NCBI RefSeq assembly: GCF_006345805.1
Contig: NC_043007.1
Span: 37,076,001-37,140,000 of the forward strand
DNA from: Octopus sinensis
Lineage: Eukaryota
Direction: 5' to 3'
DNA: 64,000 nt
Shown: positions 26,182 through 39,472 of the stretch, in pieces
Numbering within the stretch: the stretch's first letter is position 1
Layout: each line of letters begins with the position of its first letter
Translations under genes and position numbers: made by a program
The notes under the pieces: model-generated
Told to the model about the DNA's origin: nothing
What the model saw: the letters and a program-made list of their open reading frames with translations, nothing else
Databases searched by the model: none

Positions 26182-27869
26182 TAAATGTGTTTAACTGACA
26201 GTCCTACACATCGTCTGAGTAGTCACATACTCAATTTCATTTGGGATGACATCGATTTCCTGTCACATCTGCCCAAAACAACAGAATCTCATTCACTGTT
26301 AGTTTGTTTTGATGCAACAAACTTATATACGAACATTCCACATGATTTGGGACTTACTACCATAAAATATTGGGTTGAGAAACATAGAGAAGCAATCCCC
26401 AGTAGATTTGCTGTACCCTTCATAGTAGACGTGGTCAGTCTCATCCTTGAAAACAATACATTCCTTTTCAAGGGAAAAATACTACCTCCAAATTCGAGGC
26501 ACAGCTATGGAGACATGATTTGCTCCAGTTTTCTCGAACTCTGTATTGGGATACTTGGAACAAAACCTATATAAAACAAAATTGAAGAGAACTATGGCAT
26601 GACCTTTAAAAGACATATAAAGGACACATGGAAAAGTTACCTTGATGATTGTTTCCTAATTTGGACCAAATCCCTAAAAAATCTGGAAGAATTCAGCACC
26701 CTCCTCAACAATCTACACTCTAGTCTCAAATTCACATGAGAAATTAGCAACACACAATTACCATTTCTTGACATAATGGTAATTAAAACAACACAATCAC
26801 AACTGATATTTATTACAAAAACACAGATACACACCAGTACCTAAATTTCAAATCATACCACCCAACACACACAAAACGCAACATCCCATACTGTCTAGCT
26901 AGGAAAATTTGTACTATAGTTGATGATCCAAATACCAGAAGCACACGACTTATAGAACTCAGGGGATTTCTGCTCAAGCAAAATTACCCTCTCCTACTTA
27001 TAGAAAATAGCATATAATGAGCAAAAGAGATACCTATAGAACAACTTAGGGCAAAACGAATCCATAAAAGGAACACAATACCATTTCTAGCAACACACAA
27101 TCCACATCACGAAAACATTTTTAACATCATCAAAACAAATTTGTCAATCATAAAACAAAGTGAAAAATTTAAAAATATAACAACTAATCAAACACTTATC
27201 TTCAGCAAAAGGTAACTACATAACCTAAAGAAACTATTAACAAAGGCAAAATTCAACACGAACAAACAGGATAAAACATTCACAGTATTCAAGTGTAATG
27301 ATAACAGATGTGGAATGTGTCAATATATGCATACTGGTAGATCCATTAGAACAAAAAATGGACAGATTTTTGCAAATGCAGATATGAACTGCAAAAGCAG
27401 AAATTTGATCTACTGCATTAAATGCCTGAATTGCAAAGAACTATATATAGGTGAGACAGGGAATGCATTATCAGAATGTTCGCGAGTCCACACACAACAA
27501 ATCCGGAACACTAATGTTCACCAAATTCCATTGAGCAAACATTTAGAGACATGTGATCAAAAAATGTTTCTAATTTTTCCATCCCACAAACTACATGATG
27601 CAAGTGAGGTTGGAAGAAAGATAAAAGGAAAACGCTTTATTAAAATGTTCAAACCTGTTCTGAATGGAAATAACAACAATAATATAACAAGTTAATGATC
27701 TCCAACACATGAATATAAGCAAATTACAGAATATCGGTATACTTGGCAAACTGTGATGTTTAAGTTGCATGCAGATTGGTCAAAACCGTATTCTAAAAAT
27801 TCAGCTTGTTGGAGCGTTCTAGAAGGTACTACAGTTGTCAAGGACTCAGCTGTCAGTTAAACACATTTG

Positions 27870-27907
27870 AAATCTGATGATTACTCTATGTATGAAAGCA
27901 CTAATTT
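27870..27907 (+). ncRNA. Hammerhead-like motif in the Penelope 3' repeat (stem III GCGC to GCAC)
   Basis: AAAT-CTGATGA-t-TAC-tctat-GTA-t-GAAA-GCAC-TA-ATTT. Confidence 0.6.
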
Positions 27908-28053
27908 AACTTTGAGCATTACAAAATATATTTTTTTTAATGTTGAAATACCATAATAAAAAAACGTGAAAACCAGACCATGTTTTAACTTTGTGCAACT
28001 GATATATTATTCTATACACATTCACACAAATTTGAAGCAATATATATATGTAT

Positions 28054-28442
28054 ATAGGCGCAGGAGTGGCTGTGTGGTAAGTAGCTTGCTAACCAACCAC
28101 ATGGTTCCAGGTTCAGTCCCACTGCTATAGCCCCGGGCCGACCAATGCCTTGTGAGTGGATTTGGTAGACGGAAACTGAAAGAAGCCTGTGGTATATATG
28201 TATATATATGTATATGTGTGTGTGTGTCGTGTGTTTGTGTGTCTGTGTTTGTCTCCCTAGCATTACTTGACAACAGATGCTGGTGTGTTTACGTCACCGT
28301 CACTTAGCAGTTCGGCAAAAGAGACTGATAGAATAAGTACTAGGCTTACAAAGAATAAGTCCCGGGGTCGATTTGCTCGACTAAAGGCGGTGCCCCAGCA
28401 TGGCCACAGTCAAATGCCTGAAACAAGTAAAAGAGTAAAAGA

Positions 28443-28443
<1 letters not shown>
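28054..28443 (+). mobile_element. SINE family A
   Basis: Family A consensus. Confidence 0.85.
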
Positions 28444-28504
<61 letters not shown>

Positions 28505-28959
28505 TGCATATAAGAAAATGGAGGAGAACAATAGTCGGTTCATCAAATATAGGACATTAAAAATGTTAACTTATTTATTTATTAAACTGATAATTATAAT
28601 AACATACTTACATATAGCATATTATTCTATGCATATAAGATAAGGATACAAGTAACTATTAAAAAACATGAATATAAATTAGTGAGTTATATATATATAT
28701 ATCGAGAATGATGGACCATCCAGACATATGAGACAGAGTTCATTTTTGCAGCAAACTTCAAACTTTCAGTCTTTTCCATTTCATGGAAACAGACTTCCAA
28801 ACACCCAAACACATATGTAATATTCCTATAATTGCAGTAACATCCTAAAACCACTGTCTCTCCTGCTCAGTTAATGAACACAGACACACACAGAGTGGTG
28901 GGAAGTAGCTGCAACATCGATAGTCTCATTTGCTCCAAACATGTTCTAGGATGCTGCTA

Positions 28960-29450
28960 TAATTATTATGGCCGGATTCCAACTTGAGGTGCAGCAACAA
29001 AGTCCGCCTGCTACACTTCTCATTTTATCATCACTGCCTCTAGATCCTGGATACATTCCAGGCCAGTGTCTGCAATAAAGTTGTGAATGCAAGTGTGACA
29101 ACGCTTTCCTCTTCTTACATGACCATGAAGTGGATTCCACAAGACTAATTTGGATGCTTCCATTTCAGGGTGGTGCACGCAGTGACCAGATAGTTGCGGC
29201 TGTCTTTGACTGATCTTCTCGCTAACTTTCGGCAGGTCTCCATTAAGACATTCATTTGCCATACATTGCCGCCTTTTCACATTTAACACCACCAACAATA
29301 AATAAAGAGAAACCACAATTATCATGTTTTGCTCAATCCTACCAAACCCTCTTCTGCACAGCCACCATTAGGATCTAATGTAGAACAAAAATGGATTCGG
29401 CTGTTCAGAAATTGTAAGATATCATCCAGATTGTTTCACTGCATCCTCTA
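28960..29450 (-). mobile_element. RTE-clade LINE ORF2 C-terminal remnant
   Basis: GHCVHHPEMEASKLVLWNPLHGHVRRGK...DTGL matches the GH...LW.P.HG..RG pattern. Confidence 0.7.
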
Positions 29451-29547
29451 CAATACATCATCACATGGCCAAGTGTACAACAAGGCAATCAGTTTAACAA
29501 AAACGCTGTATATATGGAGACATTGATCAATAACTCACGTCTCATGA

Positions 29548-29780
29548 AGGCGGCGAGCTGGCAGAACCGTTAGCACGCAGGGCGAAACGCATAGCCGTAT
29601 TTCGTCTGCCGTTACGTTCTGAGTTCAAATTCCGCCAAGGTCGACTTTGCCTTTCATCCTTTCAGGGTCGATTAAATAAGTACCAGTTACACACTGGGTC
29701 GATGTAATCAACTTAATCCCTTCGTCTGTCCTTGTTTGTCCCCTCTATGTTTAGCCCCTTGTAGGCAATAAAGAAATAAT
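29548..29780 (+). mobile_element. SINE family C, full length, CpG-intact
   Basis: Flanked by a repeat of tatatggagacat(t/c)gatcaataactcacgtctc (29510-29544 and about 29780-29812), a possible long TSD. Confidence 0.85.
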
Positions 29781-31142
29781 ATATGGAGACATCGATCAAT
29801 AACTCACGTCTCGTCACTTGGCAAACTTTCAGCATACCGTTGGATTGCTTAACCGGACCTGACTACAACATATTGATAATTCAAATTGAATATAATTTAA
29901 GAGATGAGGCTATGTTGAAAAGATTTTTCTCATATTATTTTCAAATAAGAATCCGATTATTAAATAAAAATTCTATTCAACAACAACTTTTTAAATGATA
30001 CAAACTCAAACTCAGAGTGAATATTTTCCCCCAAGACGTAATTTAATTCGAGATATTCTAAACAAATATATGAAAAATCTTTTACAAGATTGAATTTCAA
30101 ACATGTTGAGAAAGTTTTCTCTTCTGGTGAGGGTTTAAAAAAAAAAACTCTTTTTTTTTTTTTTTTTTGCAAGTTTTGGCAGGGAAAGCACATTCTCCTG
30201 ATGAAGGGCACTACTAGAAACAACATGCACTTCTTTGAACCACCAACAAAGTTACCTTCATGTGGTAGCTTATTATCCAAGAAATATCAGCTAACCATCT
30301 TTCAAATCACGTCCTGACAAAAACAAAAAGACACTTGATAACGGAGTCTTAGATAAAACCACCTGAAAATTAGGGACAACCAATGGTCACGGTTGGAATG
30401 CCTTTGATCATAAGCTTATTGGATGAAAATTAACATGAGGCTAAAATTAATGACATATAAGTTCTCAGATATTACGAAATGCAATTCTTGATGATACAGA
30501 CAATCAAAACTATCCACTCTATCTTCAATTTTCGCTGCCAATTTACAGCAAAGATGAGCAAGGCAAGCAAAGATTAAGTGAACAAATCAAAGGGAGACAA
30601 TTTCATAACGGAGTAGAGGGGGGTAATTCATGTCTTTTGTTTCTCGTAGAATGAATACGTAATTGTTGAAACTTGTTCGTGTTCGGTTTTTAAAAAAAAC
30701 TACTGAAATTGAAGCAGTGTTTGTCTATTGGCGGTGAGATGGATGAGCTTCATAATGCCGCTTAGCTATTAATTATTTTGTCTATATATAATTATAAGAA
30801 GAGCTGACAACCGAATGGAGAGGATATCGCTGCTTCTTGGCAAATTGTCCAATATATACAGAAACATTCGAAGACAATAGCTCCTGCATACGATCTGATA
30901 GAAAAAGAATCAGTAAAACAAATAAAGAACTTTTTTCGTCGCTATAAGACCGCGACCTGTTCACTGACAAAAATCCGTGCTGCTATACAATCCGTGCAGC
31001 CTACAAATAAAGAATTTGTAGGCTTTAATGTTGTAACCAATTCTGTTGACAGGCGATAGTACTCTAGCAATAATAGCTACTATGTGGGAGTAAAAATTGT
31101 TACTATAGCTATGAATAGTTATGAAGGAGTACTTATATATTT

Positions 31143-31427
31143 TGTGGAGGCACATGACCTAGTGGTTAGAGCAGCGGATTCGTGGTCGAGGGATCGCGGG
31201 TTCGGATCTCAGACCGGGTGATGTGTGTGTTTATGAGCGAACCACCTAAGCTCCATGCAGCTCCGGCAGAAGGTAATGGCGAACTTCTGCTGACTCTTTC
31301 ATCACAAATTTCTCTCATTCTTTCCTCCTGCATTTTTCACCTGCAACGGACTGGTGGGGAACATATACGCCAAGGAAACTGGGAAATCAGCCCTATGAAC
31401 CAGATATGGCTTGAGAAGAAACAAAAC
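31143..31427 (+). mobile_element. tRNA-derived SINE, head H1 + tail T3
   Basis: tgtggaggcacatgacctagtggttag head; tail similar to 10465-10710. Confidence 0.75.
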
Positions 31428-32097
31428 TTACATATTTTGCTTCAAACTCATCTACGAGTGATAAGTTCAAGTGTGTGTATGTTCCCAGTGAGTGGTGGTG
31501 GTGATAGTGAGAAGGGGCCGGTGGCAAACTTTTGGAATAGCTCCCATCAATAAAAAGGTCTTTTTCAGCATTTTTTTTGTTATTTTATACTGCTCTGATT
31601 TCTAAAGATCAAATAATTCGCATTAATTTTTTTTTTGTTTTTTTTATTTCAAAAATCCAAGTCTTTCAAACTTCTTGACTCTCTTTCTCCAACTCCCTTT
31701 ATTGTGCCTTTGGGAATTACTAGTATAATTAAAATGATTTGGGTTTTTTTGTCAGTAATTTTTGTCATTTTATAATAATGTACATTCTGAAACACTTATA
31801 ATTCACATTTTTTAAAAAGGAAAAATTTTCAAATATCCATGTCTTTCAAATTTTTTAGCCCCCACCCCTCTCCTCTCCGCACCCCCATATGACACAAAAG
31901 TTAAATGAATTTAAGCTATTACTGGTGGTTGCTGGAGACTGTGACTTACACAAGTGGTTGCATGAAAAATGAAGTTGGAATTTTGAAAAAAGCTATCTAT
32001 AAAAGGATAATTCCAGTTGTTTGAAATGTATGAAAGAATATAGGGCAAACACTTTCTTACTTTTTCCTCCCTTTATCATAGCAACATTTGCTGCAGC

Positions 32098-32510
32098 ACC
32101 TTGTGGCTGTGTGGTAAGTAGATTGCTTACCAACCGCATGGTTCCAGGTTCAGTTCCACTGCATGGTACCTTGGGCAAGTGTCTTCTACTATAGCCTTGG
32201 GCCAACCAAAACCTTGTGAGTGGATTTGGTAGACAGAAACTGAAAGAAGCCCATCGTATACATGAATATATATGTATGTGTGTGTATATGTTTGTGTGTG
32301 TATATGTTTGTGTGTATGTGTTTGTCCCCACAACATCGCGTGACAACCGATGCTGGTGTGTTTACATCCCTGTAACTTAGCGGTTCAGAAAATGAGACCA
32401 TTAGAATAAGTACTAGGCTTGCAAAGAATAAGTGCTGGGGTTGATTTGCTCAACTAAAGGTGGTGATCCAGCATGGCCACAGTCAAATGATTGAAACAAG
32501 TAAAAGAGTA
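32098..32510 (+). mobile_element. SINE family A
   Basis: Family A consensus. Confidence 0.8.
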
Positions 32511-32549
32511 TTCCTATTTGTTTTCTTTGTTTTTGTAACCAGTTAAATA

Positions 32550-32766
32550 TGAGGGGGTGCTGAAAAGTTCCTGGTTTTTGTTAAAAGAAAATACAGGAGG
32601 ATCAGTTAATTGTGATTTTATTCAACATATTCCCCTCTCAGATTCACACACTTATTGCAGCGGTCCTTCAGTTTTTCTAAGCCCTATGAAAGAACTCGGA
32701 AGGTTGAGCCTCCAGCTAGGCCTTTTGCGATACCCTTAAAGCCAGGAACTTTTCAGCACCATCTCC
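32550..32766. mobile_element. Mariner-type MITE
   Basis: TIRs gagggggtgctgaaaagttcctgg / ccaggaacttttcagcaccatctc with TA flanks. Confidence 0.8.
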
Positions 32767-33052
32767 TATTTCTTTCTTGGGGGTGCATGGAAATCGTCTC
32801 AAGAAATATTGGTTTCAAATTTTCACACAAGGCCAGCAAGTTTAAGTAATGGGATAAGTCGATTACATTGACTCCAGTGCTCAACTGATATTCATTTTAT
32901 CAACCCTGAAAGGATGAAAGTCAGTCAACTACAGCAGAATTTGAACTCAGAACATAAAGACGGATAAAATACCACTAAGCGTTTTGCTTCTCAAGAAGTA
33001 TAGATACCCTCTAATGAAAGACAGCAGCTGATCACTAATATTTTAGTGCCTT

Positions 33053-33630
33053 AGGCAGCGAACTGGCAGAATCGTTAGCACGCCAGGCGAAATGCTTAGC
33101 GGTATTTCGTCTGCCGCTACGTTCTGAGTTCAAATTCCGCCAAGGTCGACTTTGCCTTTCATCTTTTCGGGGTCGATTAAATAAGTACCAGTTACGCACT
33201 GGGGTCGATATGATCGACTTAATCTGTTTGTCTGTCCTCTCTGTGTTTAGCCCCTTGTTGGTAGTAAAGAAATAGGTATTTCGTCTGTTGCTACATTCTG
33301 AGTTCAAATTCCACCAAGGTTGACTTTGCCTTCCATCCTTTCAAGGTCGATTAAATAAGTACCAGTTACGCACTGGAGTCGATATAATCGACTTAATCCG
33401 CTTGTCTGTCTTTGTTTGTCCTCTCTGTGTTTAGCCCCTCGTGGGTAGTAAAGAAATAGGTATTTTGTCTTCCACTACATTCCGAGTTCAAATTCTGCCA
33501 AGGTCAACTTTGCCTTCCATCCTTTCGGGGTCGATTAAATAAGTACCAGTTATGCACAGGGGCCGATGTAATCGACTTAGTCCCTATGTCTGTCACCTCT
33601 ATGTTTAGCCCCTTGTGGGCAATAAAGAAT
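33053..33630 (+). mobile_element. Head-to-tail trimer of SINE family C
   Basis: One full unit plus two units joined at gtaaagaaata|ggtattt. Confidence 0.88.
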
Positions 33631-34279
33631 TAAATATTTTAGTGCCTTGAAATGAAGGGTGACTGAGCTACAGTTTTATCTCGTCTGGGAAATGAAAAAC
33701 AGCATGTAAAATTCAATTTGATAGGAATTATATCAATTTTTAATTTGTTTTTGTCTGTACATTTTCAAAGTGAATATTTCTTTCCTGGGAGGTCAGGGAA
33801 GATCATTACATTCTTGTTCATGAATTGAAATATCCTAGTGGAAAAAAGCAACATTGACATGAGTTGTTCAATTTTGCTATCAACACAAACACATTATAAT
33901 TATGGAGTAAAAAAATTAATAAGCACAGACAATATGATTAAATATGATATTTTTAGCAGCTCCAGCAATCATGAGCAACTTCATAAATTCATTTAATTTT
34001 TGAATCATACAGAAAAAGTGAAATGTTTTTACAGATTGGCAAAAGTGAGAGGTAAAATAGAATTTAAAAAAAAACACGAGGAAAGAGATGAAAAACAAGT
34101 AAATGAGATAAAAATTCCATTAAAAGATGGAATTTAATTTTAATTTTTTTTTACAAGAATTGTTATTTCGTGTGTTTGGCAAACATTAATACTGAAAACT
34201 GTCTAAAAGGTACAATGAAGATAAGATATGGGGCTAGGGAATTTGAAAAACTTGGATTTTTGTAAAAAAAATAAATATA

Positions 34280-34685
34280 TAGGCGCAGGAGTGGCTGTGT
34301 GGTAAGTAGCTTGCTAACCAGCCACATGGTTCCGGGTTCAATCCCACTGCGTGGCATCTTGGGCAAGTGTCTTCTGCTATAGCCCCGGGCCGACCAATGC
34401 CTTGTGAGTGGATTTGGTAGACGGAAACTGAAAGAAGCCTGTCGTATATATGTATATATATATATATGTGTGTGTGTTTGTGTGTCTGTGTTTGTCTCCC
34501 TAGCATTGCTTGACAACCGATGCTGGTGTGTTTACGTCCCCGTCACTTAGCGGTTCGGCAAAAGAGCCGATAGAATAAGTACTGGGCTTACAAAGAATAA
34601 GACCCGGGGTCGATTTGCTCGACTAAAGGCGGTGCTCCAGCATGGCCGCAGTCAAATGACTGAAACAAGTAAAAGAGTAAAAGAG
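34280..34685 (+). mobile_element. SINE family A, CpG-intact
   Basis: Family A consensus. Confidence 0.88.
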
Positions 34686-35176
34686 TATATAAAATAAAAT
34701 ACTGTAAATTACAAGAGTTTCAGAAAGTATAATATTATCAAATGAAAGATAGCGAAAAAAAATTTCATTTTAATAATGGTTCCTGTCCGAATGCACGGTA
34801 AGATGGAATAGAGATAGTCAAGAAGTTTGAAAAACAGTTTGTTTCTCTTGTTTGTTTGATATTTTTAATTCGAATTTCATGTTTAGAATGTGGGACATAA
34901 AAGGTCAAATATGCTGAAAAATGTTATTCGTGATAGTTATTCCGAAAGTTTATATATACATATTTAAACGCATACATCGTACATCGGGTGCGATGTTTTA
35001 GACAACCAAGTATAATCAGCAATGAGAGAGAATAAAAAAAAAAAAAAATGATGTGTTTCCTTTTAATCATGCGGAACTTATTCCAGTGCTACACCGGCAT
35101 CTTATAAAAAAAATAATAAAGCGTATACACACATACACAGAAGGAAGACAGTTGATTTGTTGATTAATCGTTACAG

Positions 35177-35192
35177 TGTCATGGAACCACAG
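35177..35192 (+). other. Candidate 16-nt exon with ATG GAA CCA CAG
   Basis: ttacag|tgtcATGGAACCACAG|gtaaat in CpG-retaining unique sequence. Confidence 0.3.
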
Positions 35193-36095
35193 GTAAATAG
35201 AGCCGAGCTCTCTCTTTATATACGTTCTATCGCGAAGAAACCAAACGTTACTTAGATATGTGTTTATATATTTACAAAGGTTTTAAATTTATTTTAAAAC
35301 AGGAGTATCGTTTTTTCTTTGTTGTATTGTTTATTTAATCATACAAATACATATATTTATACACACACAGACACACACACACATTACTTGATTGCTTTAT
35401 TATTCTTCTCTCCAAAGTACATTACAACTGACCAACGAAGCTCACTCTCCCGCTCCTAGATTGACCTCTTATTTAGGCCTCCCTCATATATTTTTGCTGG
35501 ACTTCTGAGATTTCGTATGAGAGGAAGTCTCGTTGCTTGACCACCACCGATCCACTTCCATTTTATATTTTAGACGGCGAAACTTTCTTAAATATTCATA
35601 AATAATGTCACATTACATCTATTTTCGGTTTTAATTTTTCTCGTTACTGCTTTTATATCGCCCCACTTTATTTCTTTGTATTTTTAATTAAACAAGATCA
35701 CACACAGACACACACATCCTCCCTAATAACACCAATAAACAAACAAGGCAGGTTAGTTTGTATTAGAAAAAAATTTTTTTTTTTTTGAAAAGGAAATGTT
35801 TCAGATGTAACCATCCCACTTTTTTTTCTCTTGGAATTTTGTATCTAAGATCATATATGTCCAATGTCCCCTTCCTATTTTATGGACGGAGAAGTGTGAA
35901 TTGAGGGACATTGAGCAGCTATGTCTAGATCGTCAAGTTACTACATACAGTCTCTCTTCCCTTGTCTCATTGTTTGGCTTGCCTGCAATAAATGGATAGT
36001 TTTTTGTACTTATATAACAACAACGCCGGCACAAGACACTTTCATCCGAATTGTTTACAAATCTGCATATACGACGTACAATAGATGCACACGCA

Positions 36096-36126
<31 letters not shown>

Positions 36127-36340
36127 GTGTATGTGAATGTATGTATATATAATATGTATGATATAAATATATGTATATGCGTATCTGTATATGTATATAT
36201 GTGTCTGTATATGTATGTACAAGGTGATTCGGTATTTAAATGATATATTTAAAATTTTGACTACTTTTTTCGTTACAATTCATATATATATTTATATATT
36301 TTAATACTACATTTGCTATTTTGCTGACTGCAAATATTAT

Positions 36341-36415
<75 letters not shown>

Positions 36416-36559
36416 ATGTGTGTGTGTGAGAGAGAGAAAATGTCATTATCAAAATATGAAAATAGTCATTGGCTTAGAAATAGCACAGTATAATGGTAAT
36501 CCTGCTGAATTGTCTAGGTATATCTTGATGAACCATTTAGGGCTCTCCAGCCCGCTGGC

Positions 36560-37790
36560 ACTATGAGCAGAGTACCCGTTGACTAGTTCTCGTGAAATCC
36601 TTCAGTTGTGGTAGTCAACTGGGATGGGGAGAAGGACCTTGGACTGTGTGGGTTAATGAAAGTAGCAAGGAAGTTGGGGAATGCTGTGGTGAAGATGTGT
36701 CCAGGAGGGATAGAGAAAAAATGATGAGGAAGACATACATTAAGAAGCTCAACTAAACCTCAGTTGTTAGACTATTTATATTAATACTGAAGGAACATTT
36801 GAATCCACCTATATAATATATGTATGTATGTATGCATAAATGGCAATTTCTATCTGTGGCTATGTGTGTGTGTGAATTTGTTACTTTAACTCCTCTGAGG
36901 AGAGTTGAGCCCATGTGACACAAAGGAGAGAAGAGAGAGAATTAATCCCTGTTCACTGCGAAGACAGGAGTCTGGATGGCCCCTGTGCAGGGACAATCCG
37001 AACTCAGCCAGGTGTGGCAAAGAGTGACTGGTAGAGCGGATATGACACAGCACCGAGGTGTCATTGCTGACTTGGATGTCTTGGAGGTGTTCTGCGAACC
37101 AGTCAGCCAAGCAATGTCCCATTTGCCCGATGTATAGAGAAGGGCAGAGAGAGAAGGAAATGCAGTAGATGACATTGGTAGAAGTGCAGGTGAAGAGTCA
37201 CTGATATGATAGGGTCGATGATAGGTGACAGTGAAGAGGGTGGTGTTGGAGAGAGCAGATGTACGGTTCACGGAACATGCTCTGGCAAGGGCGGTGTGGA
37301 TAGTGTCGAGGGGATATCCACATAGGAGGAAGTGGCGAGCCAAGAGTTGAGACTGAGTCTCAAAGTCATGGTCATCACTGTAGAGCCTGCGTAGATGATG
37401 GAGAGCTTGGTGTTCTTAGGGTGGGAGGAGGAGAAGTTGAGGTGTGAGAGTGGAGTGATGAATGCTGACCAAAATGTCGAAAAAAGAGACAGAAGTGTTA
37501 GAAAGAGGGCAGGATGGAAAGGTTTGACAAAAGAGAGGAAAAAGTCTAGATGTTTGCAGGAGAGTGAGGTTGCACCGATACCATCATCAATATAACTGCC
37601 GTATAGTTCGGGAGTGGGACCAATGAAACTTGAGAATATTTAGGCCTCAACGTACCCAACAAGCAGGTTCGCATAGTTGGGGCCCATTCTCATTCCCATG
37701 GCCATTACTGAGATCTGCTGTTAAAAATCACCAGCAAATGAGAAGCAGTTGAGTGAGAGGATAAGTTCGGCCAGACGAACAAGTGAGGAT
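36560..37790 (-). mobile_element. Second Penelope-like element remnant
   Basis: RT MGMRMGPNYANLLVGYVE, YIDDG; GIY-YIG-like LYIGQMGHCLADWFAEH; multiple frameshifts. Confidence 0.8.
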
Positions 37791-37815
37791 GTGTCAGGTA
37801 GGGGATATATATATA

Positions 37816-37845
<30 letters not shown>

Positions 37846-37846
<1 letters not shown>

Positions 37847-38252
37847 CTCTTTACTCTCTTTTACTTGCTTCAGTCATTTGACTGTGGCCATGCTGGAGCA
37901 CCGCCTTTTAGTCAAGGAAATCGACCCCAAGACTTATTCTTATGAAAGTCTAGTACTTATTCTATTGATCTCTTTGCCGAACTGCTAAGTTACAGGGACA
38001 TAGACACACCATCATCGGTTGTCAAGTGATGTTGGGGGGACAAACACAGACACACAAACATATAGACACACACATACATGTATATACATATATACGACGG
38101 GCTTCTTTCAGTTTCTGTCTTCCAAATCCACTCACAAGGCTTTGGTTGGCCTGAGGCTATAGTAGAAGACACTTGCCCAAGGTGCCATGCAGTGGGACTG
38201 AACTATGTGGTTCATAAGCAAGCTACTTACCACACAGCCACTCCTACACCTA
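37846..38252 (-). mobile_element. SINE family A
   Basis: Reverse complement of family A. Confidence 0.82.
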
Positions 38253-38263
38253 TATATCATCAT

Positions 38264-38708
38264 CATCATCATCATTGATTAACATCCGCTTTCCATGCTA
38301 GCATGGGTGGATGATTTGAGTGAGGTCTGGTGAACCAGATGGCTGCACCAGATGCCAATCTGATCTGGCAGAGTTTCTACAGCTGGATGCCCTTCCTAAA
38401 GCCAACCACTCCAAAAGTGTAGTGGGTGCTTTTATGTGCCACCGGCACGAAGACCAGTCAGGTGGTATTGGCAATGGCCATGCTCAAATGGTGCTTTTTA
38501 TGTGCCACCTGCACAGGAGCCAGTCCAGCAGCACTGGCAACGACCTCGCTCAAATGTTTTCTCACATGCCACCAGCACAAGTGCCTGTAAGGTGATGCAG
38601 GTAACGATTATGCTCGAATGGTGCTTTTCACATGCCATTCACGTATATATATGAGTTTTTTAAAATTTAGATGCATTTTCAACAACACATTTATATATAT
38701 ATATATAT

Positions 38709-38757
<49 letters not shown>

Positions 38758-38930
38758 ACGTATGTACACATACATGATTGGCCTCTTTCAGTTTCTGTCT
38801 ACCAAATCCACTCACAAGACTTTGGTCCGCCCAAAACTATAATAGAAGACACTTACCCATGGTGTCACATAGTGGGACAGAACCTGGAACCATGCTTTTG
38901 GGAAGCAAGCTTCTTACCTCACAGCCACAC
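38264..38930 (-). mobile_element. Composite SINE: family A head + tail E with 65/66-bp repeats and (GAT)n end
   Basis: Head at 38770-38930, microsatellite spacer, tail ggatgcccttcctaa...catcatcat. Confidence 0.75.
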
Positions 38931-39472
38931 GTCTAGTTCATAAATTATTTAATTACGTCATCTTACACATGCTTCAGTGAAGTTTTGATCAAATTACTTT
39001 CAAAGTGTAGACTTAGAAAGCAGTAAGTTTTCTTTGGCTCAACCATTATCTTCACTGGTCTGCCTTTAAGATAATCTAATTAAATAATCTATGAACAAAT
39101 ACAGGCATCATTTTGTAGTTAAGGGGTATGCTTTGCAACCATCTCGGTTCTTGTCTTATTGCTTTCTTTGTTATCTACCTGCTTGGTCACATTGTCTTGA
39201 GTGAACAGTCACACTGTAGAGTTGATCAGTTAATCTTCCAGGATGCAAGATAACAACACTAGTACTTAATAAAATGCACCTAGTACATTCTGTAAAGTGG
39301 TTGGCGAATGAGTGGAGACACTATAAAATCAAGAGGATGATTTAGTCTTAAGGACATGCCAACCTCTTAAGTGCAAGTGTCACAATAAAATTTATCCAGT
39401 ATACTCAATGGTGATTGATACTAGGAAGAGAATCTGTGCATGGACTCTGACGATGATAACGTTTATTAAGAT

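Larger units (their letters stand above)
26046..28010 (+). mobile_element. Penelope-like element (RT + GIY-YIG), degenerate, with ~155-bp inverted terminal repeats
   Basis: RT motifs FDATNLYTNIP, RGTAM, YLDDCF, LPFLDI; GIY-YIG NLIYCIKCLNCKELYIGETG; 26046-26201 is the reverse complement of 27851-28010. Confidence 0.92.

Noticed and set aside
30198-30235. CTGATGA...GAAAC as a hammerhead
   Set aside because: No convincing stem II, stem III/UH or stem I pairing.
36565-36620. Hammerhead at the end of the second Penelope-like element (ctgaagg...gagaactagtc)
   Set aside because: Position and ACTAGT palindrome are suggestive, but both core halves are mutated and stem I does not pair.
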